A stretch of 64,000 bases of DNA from Adineta vaga (lineage: Eukaryota; Animalia; Rotifera), in assembly GCA_021613535.1 (NCBI GenBank), contig CP075492.1, positions 4,216,001 to 4,280,000 on the forward strand, in the 5' to 3' direction. Within the stretch, counting starts at the first letter, position 1, and every line of letters begins with the position of its first letter. Below are positions 38,057 to 50,537 of the stretch, one piece after another. Both the position numbers and the translations under genes were made by a program. Below the pieces are notes generated by a model. The model had not been told where the DNA came from. It saw only the letters and a list, made by a program, of their open reading frames with translations, and ran no database searches.

Positions 38057-41000
38057 TTAGTTAGTTTCGAGTATTGCTGATTCGAAAGAAAAAAAGATCG
38101 ATGGTTTTTGCCATTTGACTACGATAGGTTCAGTATCAAAAACGTCATTCCATGGAAACTTTAATGGAAGTGTGATTGTATGACGCTCTAATATTGTTTT
38201 AATTGGTTCAATTTTCATTTTTGAGAATGGAGATGGACAAAATATGGCTGCAGGATACACATAAATCGGTTGTGCTGATCGTCGTTTTAATCCATGTTCG
38301 ATATCGTCACAAAGTTTATCCAACTCGCTTTGGTTCTTTCGCATCTGTTTGGCAAATTGCAATCGATATTCAAGTTTTTCACTATCGGAAAGTATTCGTC
38401 TCACACGATGCATATAAGGAATAACAACTTTTCGCCGTTCATCATGTTTTTTAGCAACTTTCAACTCTTTATTGGTATTCGTAGAGCTAAATATTGGCTT
38501 AACGGGAAGTGAGAATCCTTTCAACTTTTCCTTCCTCTTTGTTAAAAAAGTATTTGTATATCGGCATGGTTTAGATGAAAGATATCTGCTACCAACACGG
38601 TAGTCCTTTGATGTTAGTGATGAACAATTCTGTGTTAGATTGTTTAAAAGATGTAAGTTATCTAAAACGATATTCAGCACAGGAAACGCTGTATCGTTTA
38701 TATTACCAGTTGCTGCAAATGGTGCGATATTTAATATTGTTTTTGAGTATTCAATTTTTTCCGACCATTGTTTGTAAGAAAATATTCCAATAACGAATCT
38801 TACACTACATATTAAGTTGTCTTTTTTTTGTTGATCCTCTGTACTATTTGTATGCACTAGAACGAATCTCAGAAATACTTTTCAAAGCAATATACAAAAA
38901 TCGATACTACTACTTACGATAGTTTTGTCTTCCATATGATATATATTCCTCACATTGACTTTCTTTTTCCATAATTATGTCTTGTACTTGTAAAATAAGA
39001 TTCTCTTTATCATCCTCCGTGATTCTTCCTTTCTCTAACATCATCGATTTTTTAACATTCTTCTCATATTGTGATTTTCTTTGTTCTATTGTAAGCAAGA
39101 AATGTAATTCCTTATTGTTTAAATAAGATTTCACTATCTTATGTTGATTTGATACGATAAATGGAACAGATGAGAATATTGAATTAGGTCTCGTATACTG
39201 CATCTGAAAATGATTTCAAAAGTATCGTAGAATCATAATTTCGTTTGAAAGGAAATCGGTTTTGAGAATCCACTGAACGCTATCTAAAAAGACATGTTTT
39301 TGATACATCGACATTATACTTACGATTTTTAAAAGTAGTTTATCATATTCCATATTGAAGTTGTGTTCAGATCCAAATAGTTGAAAATAGGTTCCATTTT
39401 GAGTGAGTAATTTTTGTAACCAATTAATTGGATCATAATTTTGAATTTTTACTGCAATGATAATTTTACCAGTTTCATCAGCATATGTTGCTTCTTTTTT
39501 ACATAATTCATCTTCAAAATAATTATTACTAATACAAAGAATAATACAATCTGATTTATTCATTTTTCTTGATATCTGTTGAAAACTAGCTGTTCCATCG
39601 ATTGATTTCATCCATATATTAAAACCATCATGAACTAAGCGAGTTGCTAAACTTTCTGCTACTGACCAGTCTTTTACTGAATGACTCAACATTATATTGT
39701 AACGATTGGGAGTCGTGCTAGTTGATGGTTGATGTGGTAGAAATATTATTCCTTGAACGAATGCATTTGTTAAATGATATTTTTGCTTAACTTCATATAC
39801 GTTATTTATAAAACCGCATAATATGAGTTGTTGCTCTTCATCTAATTTTGGTAATACGTATCGATTAATCGAATATTCATAGAAACTATTAATCATATTT
39901 TGATTCCAATGTTGAAATCCATCTATTTTCAGTGTAAACATCGATCTGTTGAGATACATATGAATACTCTTTTCACAATCTGTAAAATAATCCGTGCTGG
40001 TTGACATAAGCATAATTTTCATAGCTAAAAGTGAATACAAAATCAAAAGAAAATGTTTGAAAATACATAAACTCCAATGATATCTTACTTGAAACTGGAT
40101 AAGAAAGCGTTCCAAAACTATTTTCTGTTGTTGGTACCGACTGAAGGCTCATAAAAAATTGTTTCTGTAAAGTTTTTTGATCAGGTAATAAAACAAATGA
40201 TACATTCAACGGTATAGATTTGATTAATTTAATTTGATTCACTGTTGCTTCAATCATTTCTTCTGCTAATATTTGTTCTTGTTTACATGAATCTGGAACT
40301 GCAAAAGCGATTGATTGGACTGATTTACTGTTCTTTATTACATATCGTATTGTTTTGGAAATGAATTCTGATATAGATTCACTTAAATAATCATCATCTA
40401 CCATTCCCGTTGGTAATGACCAATTAACGAACAGAATCTTTTTACAAGCTAATCTTCCACCGGTGGTTTCAGTAATAAATGGAAGTGAGTTCGATCCCAG
40501 ATCTTTTCGAGATTGTTTTTGAACGATTTCACCCGCTCGTTCAATTATATTCTGCTTTACGCCAGATGATAACGACGAAATAATTATAATATCTACCTAA
40601 TATATATTCAAGTAAAGAATAGGAAAACATGCAAATTAACTCAAATAATCAATACTAACTTTTTGTTGAGAGATATCACCAGTGACGATATTGATCGATC
40701 CATTATCGAGTTTAACTCGAGAGGAAATAGAGGGCGACGAACAAAATGGATCAGATGTGTTTTCATCGGCTCTTGGAATTCGACATTGTTTTAATTCTGT
40801 AATTGATTCAAAATCACAATAACAATGATTTTTTCGTGCAAGATTTTTCATAGGTAAGAAAGATTTGTCGATAATATTGTAGTAGAATTCTTGACTTTCA
40901 AATCTATGTGTATGTATTTTAGACAATAAGTTCATTACACATGTTTCTACTTCATCTTTCAGATTTTCTGATGCATAAAAAGATCGTTCTGGAATTAAAA

Positions 41001-42472
41001 ATTGTACACCATAATTACGAAATTGTTTTTCAATGTTTTGTAGTTCTGTCAAACAGAGATTTTTTAATCCATCAAGCTAAATAGAACAAAAAGTGTTGCA
41101 TGTGATTGTCTGATCGATGTGAACAAAATAAATAAAATATAAGCATACCTCATTCGGAGTTATTCGACTAAATTTAAATCTCTTCAATTGATGACGTTCG
41201 AATAAAGATTTAAACTTTCGTAAGATTTCAGTAACTAATTTTTCATATCCAAATATTTCAATTTTATTCTTCAGACAATATTTACTGCAAGTAACCGAAA
41301 CAATTGAATTATCTTGTGAACATTGATTGATAATTTCATCGAACTCAGTATTATATTGTGTTGTTGGACAAATCCGATAGTTTGATAGAGTCTTTTGTGT
41401 ACGATTATCAATCAATTCAATTGTGAAGAATTTATCATTAGATGAAGTAAGTATACTTTTATGTAAAATGTTATTTTGAAAAATAACATCGATTTCTGTC
41501 GTATGATATGGAGAATTAAATTCATCATCATCGAAATAGTAAATATCCAATGTTTGATTGCATTTTCCCGTTAATTGACATACTGTAAATATATGGGATT
41601 CAAGATCGAATATATTTTGAACAATACAATTTGGTTTTGATTGAAGTAATAATTTTGTAATGGTGTTTTGTAGATATCTTTTTGATTTGATTACTTCTTT
41701 TAAATGTTGAAGAAACCGTTCGACAAGCCGATTTTCTTGTTTTGTTCCAGTGACTTTAATGACATAGTAGACTGATGAATTATTATCGTTCTGATGCATC
41801 TGTTCAATTACAATTTCAATTGATTTTATTTCTTGTTTAATGAAATTAATTAAATGAGATTGTAATGCTCGATTTTTGAAAAATTTCGCTTGAATAATAT
41901 CATCAATGAAAAATAAAGCTTCCTGTCTGACGTTGTCAGAAACTATATTGTCTGGTTGTTCCTGTTAAAAATAGAATCGAGAGGTAGTGTCTTACATCGA
42001 AGTCATTTATCATCAATTCAAAAGTATTGATAATTACCTCGTTCGAATGAACTGGTGCGTTGACATTAGCTCGTACTACTGTTAGTGAATGATCAGAAGT
42101 TCTTAATTACGCATATATATATCTTACAATATAATCAAATGAAAAACAAATGACATACTCATTTGTTTTCTTCGCATTTTCTTGTTCATTCTGTAGTTTT
42201 AATTCCATTAATTTGATTCGAAATCTACTTTTTGCACCAATTGTTGTCTCTTGTATCGATCCATTTGGATCTATTTCCACTACTAATTGTGAAATATCCT
42301 CGTCAGTCATAGCCATGAGAGCATGGCCATCTATATTCTCATCTAATATCAAGAACATTCAATTTCTACAAGTGTGACAAAAAAACTAATTACCTTTGAA
42401 TATCTTTACTTGTCTCCTGAAACCATTGTCTTTTAACCATCTAGAGACTTGTTTCACCGACCAATTTGCCAT
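38057..42472 (-). CDS. SAM - KH-like repeats - macrodomain - TIR - unknown C-terminal domain protein (paralogue A)
   Basis: SAM (MANWSVKQVSRWLKDNGF.../DENIDGHALMAMTDEDI), macro-like (INIVTGDISQQK/VDIII...TTGGRLACKKILFV...SIAF), TIR_2 (YNIMLSHS...IILCISNNYFEDELCKKEATYA...IIAVKI). About 9 exons. Confidence 0.8.
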
Positions 42473-43334
42473 TAATTTCCGAGATCTAAAATAAATTATA
42501 ATGGTAAACTTTTCAACTGTTAACTTCTTGTTAAATCAATGCTTAAAACAATTTAGAACGTGTTATAAGAACTTGCGATCGGATTTTTACTACCTATTAT
42601 CTTGTTATTGTTAATGTGAATATAAAATAGATGTATAAGAAATAATATCAAAAATGTGTCCTAATGAAATTATTTATCCAACGACTGACGATAAGCTGCT
42701 TTGCCTACTGATCTGGCTATGTATTGTAGTTGTTTCTAAAGAGTTTTGACGGAAAAAGTCTCATATGGTGAATGATTTATGACTCGATGGAAGATTTTTT
42801 CGGTAACAGTTTATCCTCCTCTTAAAACTCTATGACGTTAATATACTTTTACTTTTTTTAAGATTTATTATCAAGAAAAAACCATTAATACAAAACAAAT
42901 AGAGTCAACGTATTTCGGTTGCTTCGAAATTCGACTACTATTTTTCAACAATCAGATTATTCTCTTCTGTTCTTACTCTTTAATAAACGACTTGTTCTTT
43001 ATATCTAGTTACTTCTCAAGACTTGTTATACTTATTTTCTTCTTTTTTTTCTTTTTTTCCTTTCTTGTAGTGCAAAAGATGATGATTATAGATGACACGA
43101 AGATACGCATAGAAACGGTTACCACCGTGATACATCAAAACTGATGAAACATCATTCTCCCATCCAGACAAATATAACTTTGTATATAGCCGTTTCCATG
43201 TCTGTCTTGTTCTGGTACTTTCTTTCAATTTTTCTGTATTTTTATCAGGTTTTTAAAATTATGAAAGGTTGTTAACGTCTTCAAACTTACTTTATACGTG
43301 ATAATAAGTATCTTACGAGTTTTGAGATTTAGAT

Positions 43335-46300
43335 ATGTCAGTAGGTAATTTGACTACTAATCAAGTTGGCGATTGGTTGACAACCAATGGATTTGCTGAA
43401 CATATCAAAACTTTTATAAGTATAGAAAAATTCTGATTGATAGTAAGTTTTAATTAGATTCTTTTTGTACCGAAATTAGGTGAAGACATCGATGGTGAAG
43501 CATTGTTCGGTCTACTTGATGATGAAATAATGAAACTATTAACTCTTTATGACAAAGACGGAACCATAAGAACTCCTACGAAAAGAAAACAACGTAAATT
43601 TAAAATAATATTGGAAGAATATCGAACATCAGTACAGCAAGAACGAAGAAAACGGAGAAGAAGCAGGTATGTAAATTTATATTTTCTTTCTAACGAATCT
43701 CTTCGTATTCTAGATCAGTAATAAACAAAGAATCTAATGAAAATCTTGCTATCAAGTAAGAACTAAATTGTAAAAGATAATATATTCTAAACATGTACAT
43801 TCATTCATTCTTAAGCTTACGCACGATGCCATCAAAAGTCACAGGTCAATCAGCCAAAGAACGATTAGCATATTCAAAAAATTATGTTGTCGAATCAACA
43901 ATCACGAGTTCGAAATTCTTTCAAAATGAAATGGTCACTTCGTTTTTAACGAAATATTATCTACGAAAATTTAATGTCAAGTATTATATATCAGCATATG
44001 TTTCATCTGATACAAAAGATACATTAAAAATCGAATTAACAGGTGATAAAGCAAATGTCACGAGTGCTCTGACTGATCTACAATTATTATCTGAAAGTAT
44101 AAAAATAAAAATTTTTGATAATCAAGAAACAGATCATAGAAGTAAGCGTTATGAGCTGTTTGTTGTCTTATAAATATGCATGCAATCTACGTTTTTGTAT
44201 AGTTATGAATTGGTCAACATCGATATATTCAGATTCTGTTCTTCTTATTTTGCAAAAAATCTTTGCTGATCGAAAGAAATTAACAATCTGGGAAAAAACA
44301 AATCTATTATCTGGTTATTTTATAGTTTATTATATCAGTGGAGAACATCGATTCAATCTTTCAGAAGAATTTATCTATCAAATGCTCAATAATGAAATAT
44401 CTTACGTGGAAAATATAGTAATATCAAACATGGATAAATGTCAATCTAACTTTCGAAGGGCAATCAAAGAATTTATCAATAATAAAAAACAACAACAAGA
44501 AAAACTTCAAACAATGACCATTATTTATTACCAATCTGTATCTCAATCAGAAATGAAAATCAGTTTTTTTGGATTGAAATATCAAGTTGATATTGCCAAG
44601 AAACAACTAAAACTATTGATTAATAAACATCAAATACGAACAATACGAATTGAACTCGATTCAAAACAGGTATAAATATATCAGATGATCGATTAGATAT
44701 GTGCATAATCATTCGTTCTTATTAGAAAAAAGTTTGACTTCACGTTTTTTCTTTTCTTTTGTAGCGTGAATATTTATTAGACAACTGTATTTCTCAATTG
44801 AAACAGATAGAATTGGATTATAAAGATGATAATGTTCATATTCAAATCCATTCAAATTTACTTACTGCACCACAATATCTCATTGTTAAAATCAAACAAT
44901 TGATTCAATCATTGCTCTTTCATACAACTACTCTTACATTTCGTTATATCGAAAACGGCATTACCTTAACTGAACATGATCAGCTACAATTGAAAACTAT
45001 CGGTCAAAATCATAATTGTCAACTAGATCATATCGATACACAAACGGAAAAGGAAATTATTCTATTACCGAAAAGCAAAGATACACCAACATCAAAATAT
45101 ATTATGAAAAAATCAGAAGAATTTTACACTTCATTAACACCAGTCTGGAAACTTTCAGTTGAAACAAATACAATAGAACTTCGTCCAGCATCTAATCCAA
45201 CAGTGAGTTGAATGATACATTTTATTGTGCTCTAGAGATTCTTGTTATTTGTAGAGTGATATAACTGTTATCTCAACAACGGAAGATATAATCAAAGAAA
45301 ATATTGATTCCATACATCGGAATGGTCATTTTATATCTGAAAATGGTAAAAATATTTTAGTAATACTATGGTCACCATTGAAAGATCCGATCGAAAAGTT
45401 GATTTCTACATCATTCAATCAGATTGATGTGTTATGTATGGACAGTATTGAGTCAATTGCGTTTTCTACAACTAATTGGGAAAAAATTGATGATAAAAGA
45501 AAATTGGCAGAAGAAATGATCAAAGAAATGAAAGACTTGCTCGAAACTGAAGACTTTGCCAATCGATCTTGGAAAATTTCATTCAGTTTTAATGATGAAC
45601 AAAATGATTTATTGAAAGAATTTTCGGAAATTATTATATCATTACGATTGGCAAAGAATGGTTATGAACAATTTACCTATCCCATAACAAGTATGTACGG
45701 AGATTGCAATGATCTTTTTTTTTGGAACCTGAATAATTCTTTAAGATGAATGATCGGGATTTTGATTCAGTGCTTAGAAAGTTAGTTGTCAATAGATATG
45801 TATCATATGTCTTAATCATACAGAAGAATCCATAAATGAAAATTTCTTCTTCATTCTAGCAACTTCATTAACGTTGAAAACATCGTCAAATTCAAATATT
45901 ATAAAATCTGAGAATGCAATCAATGACTATATGAAAAGATCTGTTCTCAGCACAATTGAAATTTATAATCCTTTCGATTCTAAAATATGGAATCAACACA
46001 TGATCAATGTATTTTATAAATATTGTTTGGAGAAATGTGTATTACCTGATATTCATCTATTCAATGAACAATATCATTTATATTTAATCGGCTCAAAATC
46101 TGCTGTTAATCATGCAAAAGAAAAATACAAATTCATGACGGAAATCGAACGATTAAAAGCATTAATTCATATTCCATCGTCAGAATCTGTGTCGAAGAAC
46201 AAAAACTCAAAGACTATTTCAAGCACTTATAATATCATATTAAATGGCTGTTCGAATGATAAAGATATATTAGAGAAGCTTGCAAAGCGTTTCAATGATG

Positions 46301-48029
46301 AAGGTTATCGAGTATTGATTGATTATTGTGATATCAATCCATCAAATAGCAAACCAAAACAACATTACAATAGCGATTTAATTGTTATCTGTTTTAGCTA
46401 CCATTACTCGCAAGATTCTAGTTGCATGAAAGCAATGTTATCTATTAAGAAATCTGAAAAGAAATTTATTCCATTCGTCTTATTAGAAAAAGCTTTGAAT
46501 GAAAGAAGTAATTGGATTCAGATGTGCTCCACCGAAACACTCTTTTATGAGTCATTCGAAGAAGAAATCAGATTTAAACTTGAAGAAAACTTCGATTTGG
46601 ACTATGATAAGTTATTTATAGAATTAGTAAGTATGTTTTTATTGATACACTTGAGATTAACATAAAGGACTTGCCGTAAAAGAATGTTAAATGAAATTAC
46701 AAGATTCTATCTTTATTTGTAGCTTCATTATACTAAACCTGGTGTAGTCGATCGAATCTATGCAATATCGGACGATGTCACTAGTACAGAACAACGTGAA
46801 GAAGATTTTAGTCTTAAAAGAACACTCTCGCCATTTACCCAAGAACAAATTTGTAAAAAAGAAGAAATTTATCGAGAAAAAATTGAACATATCTTAGAAC
46901 GAGATGCTATTCCAACGGATGAAGTGACCAATTTAATTGCATTACTAGGTATAATTCTTGGAGATAACGGAATTGAAGGATATCCCGTGTTAGTAGAAGA
47001 CCATCAACCACAAGATGACGGATACATAAATCGTAAGTAACATCAGCTAATCCTCGAATAGTGAAATATATATAAAAGAGGAGTATCTAATAATCCACTC
47101 GGTATTCTATAAATTGATATAAATCATTATTCAAATCTTATACAACTAGTTATTCCTTTAAATGTCACAAAATTTCTTTATCGATTCATATTCTATGAAG
47201 ACAACTGAACAACGTTTTTTTTTTCATTAAAGCTGTAGGTGTTCAAGATTATCTCAACTCTTTTTTATTACGTCTACAACGATGGATAGAAAAGGCATCA
47301 AATGGACCCGTCTGTAAGGGCAATATACCACCCTTTACCGTGACTGGCGACTTCAATGATGCTATATTTCCGATTTCATTATTGGACAAAACTCCTTGGT
47401 GGGAAACCGATTTGGATTTATATGATTTTGATCATTCTTCAACAGATTTTGATAAAGTCTCTCCAGAGTTAACTATCGGTTCATGGAGCAGTTATGATGA
47501 AGCACAAAATTATTTTCAAAAACTTGTCAACAAAGATGCTCGATTTCGTGATAAACAACTGAACAATAAAAAATCACAAGTACCAAGTAGAAAACAGCAC
47601 GCATATTTCAAAACGAATATTAAACGAGGTACTATTGCTTGGGATATCACTGAAAATCGACGAGTTTTAAAAGAATATGAACGCAGAAAGAATGGTGGAA
47701 AAAGAAAGAAACTAAATTCAAAAACACGTAGTTCGTTGAATTTGTTGGATCGATGGGTTCAATTAGTATCAGATCTAAAAGAAGGTAGAATTAACATGAA
47801 ATCAAATGAAATACGAGGTACAATTGGAAAAGAATTGAAAACAAAAGACGAAATCAGAAAACGTATAGAATCAGACGATCCGAATAATACACAATGGTCA
47901 ATGGAACGAGTTCCGCCAAGGCGACGAAAGTTCATCAAATTGAAAATCAAGAATACAATTGAATGGGAAAATTTCTGTGAACAATCCGAATTGAAAGCTC
48001 AATCAGTAACTATACAAGATACAACGTAA
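43335..48029 (+). CDS. SAM - KH-like repeats - degenerate macrodomain - degenerate TIR - unknown C-terminal domain protein (paralogue B)
   Basis: SAM (NLTTNQVGDWLTTNGF.../EDIDGEALFGLLDDEI), WNQHMINVFYKYC shared with paralogue A, TIR_2 (YNIILNGCS...LIVICFSYHYSQDSSCMKAMLSI...FIPFVL), and a TGDFNDAIFP motif. Confidence 0.78.
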
Positions 48030-48147
48030 AATCGAATTTTTCATTTCATATTAACATATATTTTTCGCAAAAACATCTGTGATTAAATAAAACAAAATTT
48101 ACATGAAAATATGTTCTTTTTTTTCAGATAAAAATCATTTGAATTCC

Positions 48148-50437
48148 ATGGATTTGTTACTTCAACGGTATCAACAAAAAATTCGTCAATTTCATAAAAC
48201 TGAACGTATTGCTGATATCAAAGATCTTCTCGACGATATCGTATCATTTTTAAACGGTACAATCTCGAATTCAATCGATGGTTTACATCTTTTATCAGTA
48301 ATCTGTTTTGAATTAACATCAATTCATACATTAAAATGCTTTAATAATTCTGAAATAATCAATCATGAATTTTTCATTCTACTTCGTAGTACATTAATGA
48401 TGTTACTATCGAAATTAACATTTACAAACTTATCAAAACCAGAGAAACAATGTTTAGATGCAATTAGTTTATTTATCACTCAATTATGCTTATATAAAAA
48501 TCAAATTTCTTTAAATTTCTTTATTGATAATAATGAACAATTGGATCCAAATAGCAAACATACAATTCATTTATTATCCTATGAAAAAATCTTTTTTTCA
48601 GAATTATTTATTAAAAAATTTATTCGAATCTTAAATGATGATATATCTGTTAAAGAATATAAACCATATCATATCAAATATAAAATTGTTGATCGTTTCC
48701 TTCGAATAGCAATGAAATGGATTGATACTAATTACAAATTACTTCTTGATTCCATCGTTAAATGTCTTGAATCATCAATTTATTTGAATCTTTATAAAAC
48801 TATTGATCTGCGTCAAATGATCTTAAGTCCAAAACAATCATTTTTCATGTATCAATGTCCGAAATTTATTCGTCTATGTAGTCAAACTCGTCAAGTCGAA
48901 ATATCGGAGATCCTATCGAAATCAATGATACAATTTAGTAATGATATCTTTGACATACAATTAGGAACTGTATTGGATGGTAAATCAAGAACTCAAGTTC
49001 TTTCATGGTACATTGAATTATTGAATTATTTTGCTTTAACACCGAATACAAGAGAATTTTTTGTTCGAAGTAAGTTTGTATTAGACATCAGTAATTTGAA
49101 GATATACGATGTAATGAATGTGAATGTTTTTGTTGAACTATTCATTTTTAGGAATCAATTTTAGTACGACAATGGTCGATCATATGATTGGAATCTTGAG
49201 AAGTGAACCATTAATTATAAGTGTTCATAAAAATGCTGAACTTTTTCATGCTGATGTTGCTCTCATGTCATATTCAATAACATTGTTATATAATTTAACA
49301 TTTGAAAAGAAAATCTTTTATGATTTGAAATATCGAAATGTAATATCTGTTTGTGAGAAACTCTACGAAGCAATCGATCGAACAATACAATTTGCATCTC
49401 GAACTTTAGGTGCTATTTTAAATCAAGAAGATATTGATGAAATTGATAGTCCATCAAAAGTAGCACGATCCTATTTATATTTTATTGAAAATACAATTGA
49501 TGATATCACTCTTACATATCATGGAATCAGATTAGATGGTGTATTAACAAATCTTGAAAGTATAATATTAAGAAAAGCTTTCGCTTTTTTTTTCTACTGA
49601 TATTCTGTTTTAGCTATTGTTCAAAATGATGAAATTAAAGAAGAAATAACGAATGATGGCGATGGTATTCCATTAATTGCACGATGTGCATATGAACCAC
49701 ATCTTGATATCGTCACAATTCAACGTCCAGCTCTTCGAATTCTTGATGCAATATCATTTGCCAGTCGGTCAGCAATAGAACAGATCAAAGAAAATGATAT
49801 TTTAATGGATCATATTAAAGATATCTCACGACGTAATGATCGATATCAAATATCAACAGCAAATCGTCTTCTATGGAAAGTAGAAGAAGAAGCTGAATTT
49901 ATATCAAAACAAGACACACGAAAGAAACCGAAACGAATAGAAATTAAGAAAATTTTCAATGAAAAAGAAGCGATTTATCAATATGTTCAAGGAGATTATT
50001 ATTTTCAATTGACTGATGATATCAATTTAAATCAATACGATATTATGATAAGTTTTTGTCACGATGATATAAAAATATGTCGTGATATTTATAATCATCT
50101 TCTAAATTTAAATCTCTATCGTATTTCATTTGATGAAGATAATACACATGAATTAAATCACAAACGAATGGCACAAACAATTGAAAACTCTTCGATTGTT
50201 ATTATATGTTTTTCAAATAAATATCGCTTGTCTTATGCTTGTCGATTAGAAGCGGAGTATGTAGTGAAACGACAACGTCCGATTATTCCAGTGAAAATTG
50301 ATCCACGATATGATCCAACTGGATGGTTAAGTAAAATTATTGACAATAAAACAATTGTTGATTTGACAAAACCGAATTTTCAAAATGCATGTCAACAATT
50401 AGTTGATGAAATCTATCAAACAAATGCAGTACAATAG
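48148..50437 (+). CDS. Helical/ARM-like repeat - TIR domain protein, 3 exons
   Basis: Long helical N-terminus with ARM-like segments (LLYNLTFE; GIPLIARCA...ALRILDAISF; ANRLLWKVE). C-terminal TIR_2 YDIMISFC...MAQTIENSSIVIICFSNKYRLSYACRLEAEY...PIIPVK...PTGWL. Confidence 0.85.
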
Positions 50438-50537
50438 CAATCTTGACAAAACAGACGAATAAAACCTTTTCATTTCTAATAAAATACTTTAGAACGATTG
50501 TTTTTGTATTTTATTGTAGATATAAATTAGAAACGCA

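Noticed and set aside
48000-48150. Cis-splicing fusion of paralogue B to the ARM-TIR gene via the acceptor at 48127
   Set aside because: The nearby GT donors are phase 0 or 2, while the acceptor needs phase 1. An AATAAA lies in between.
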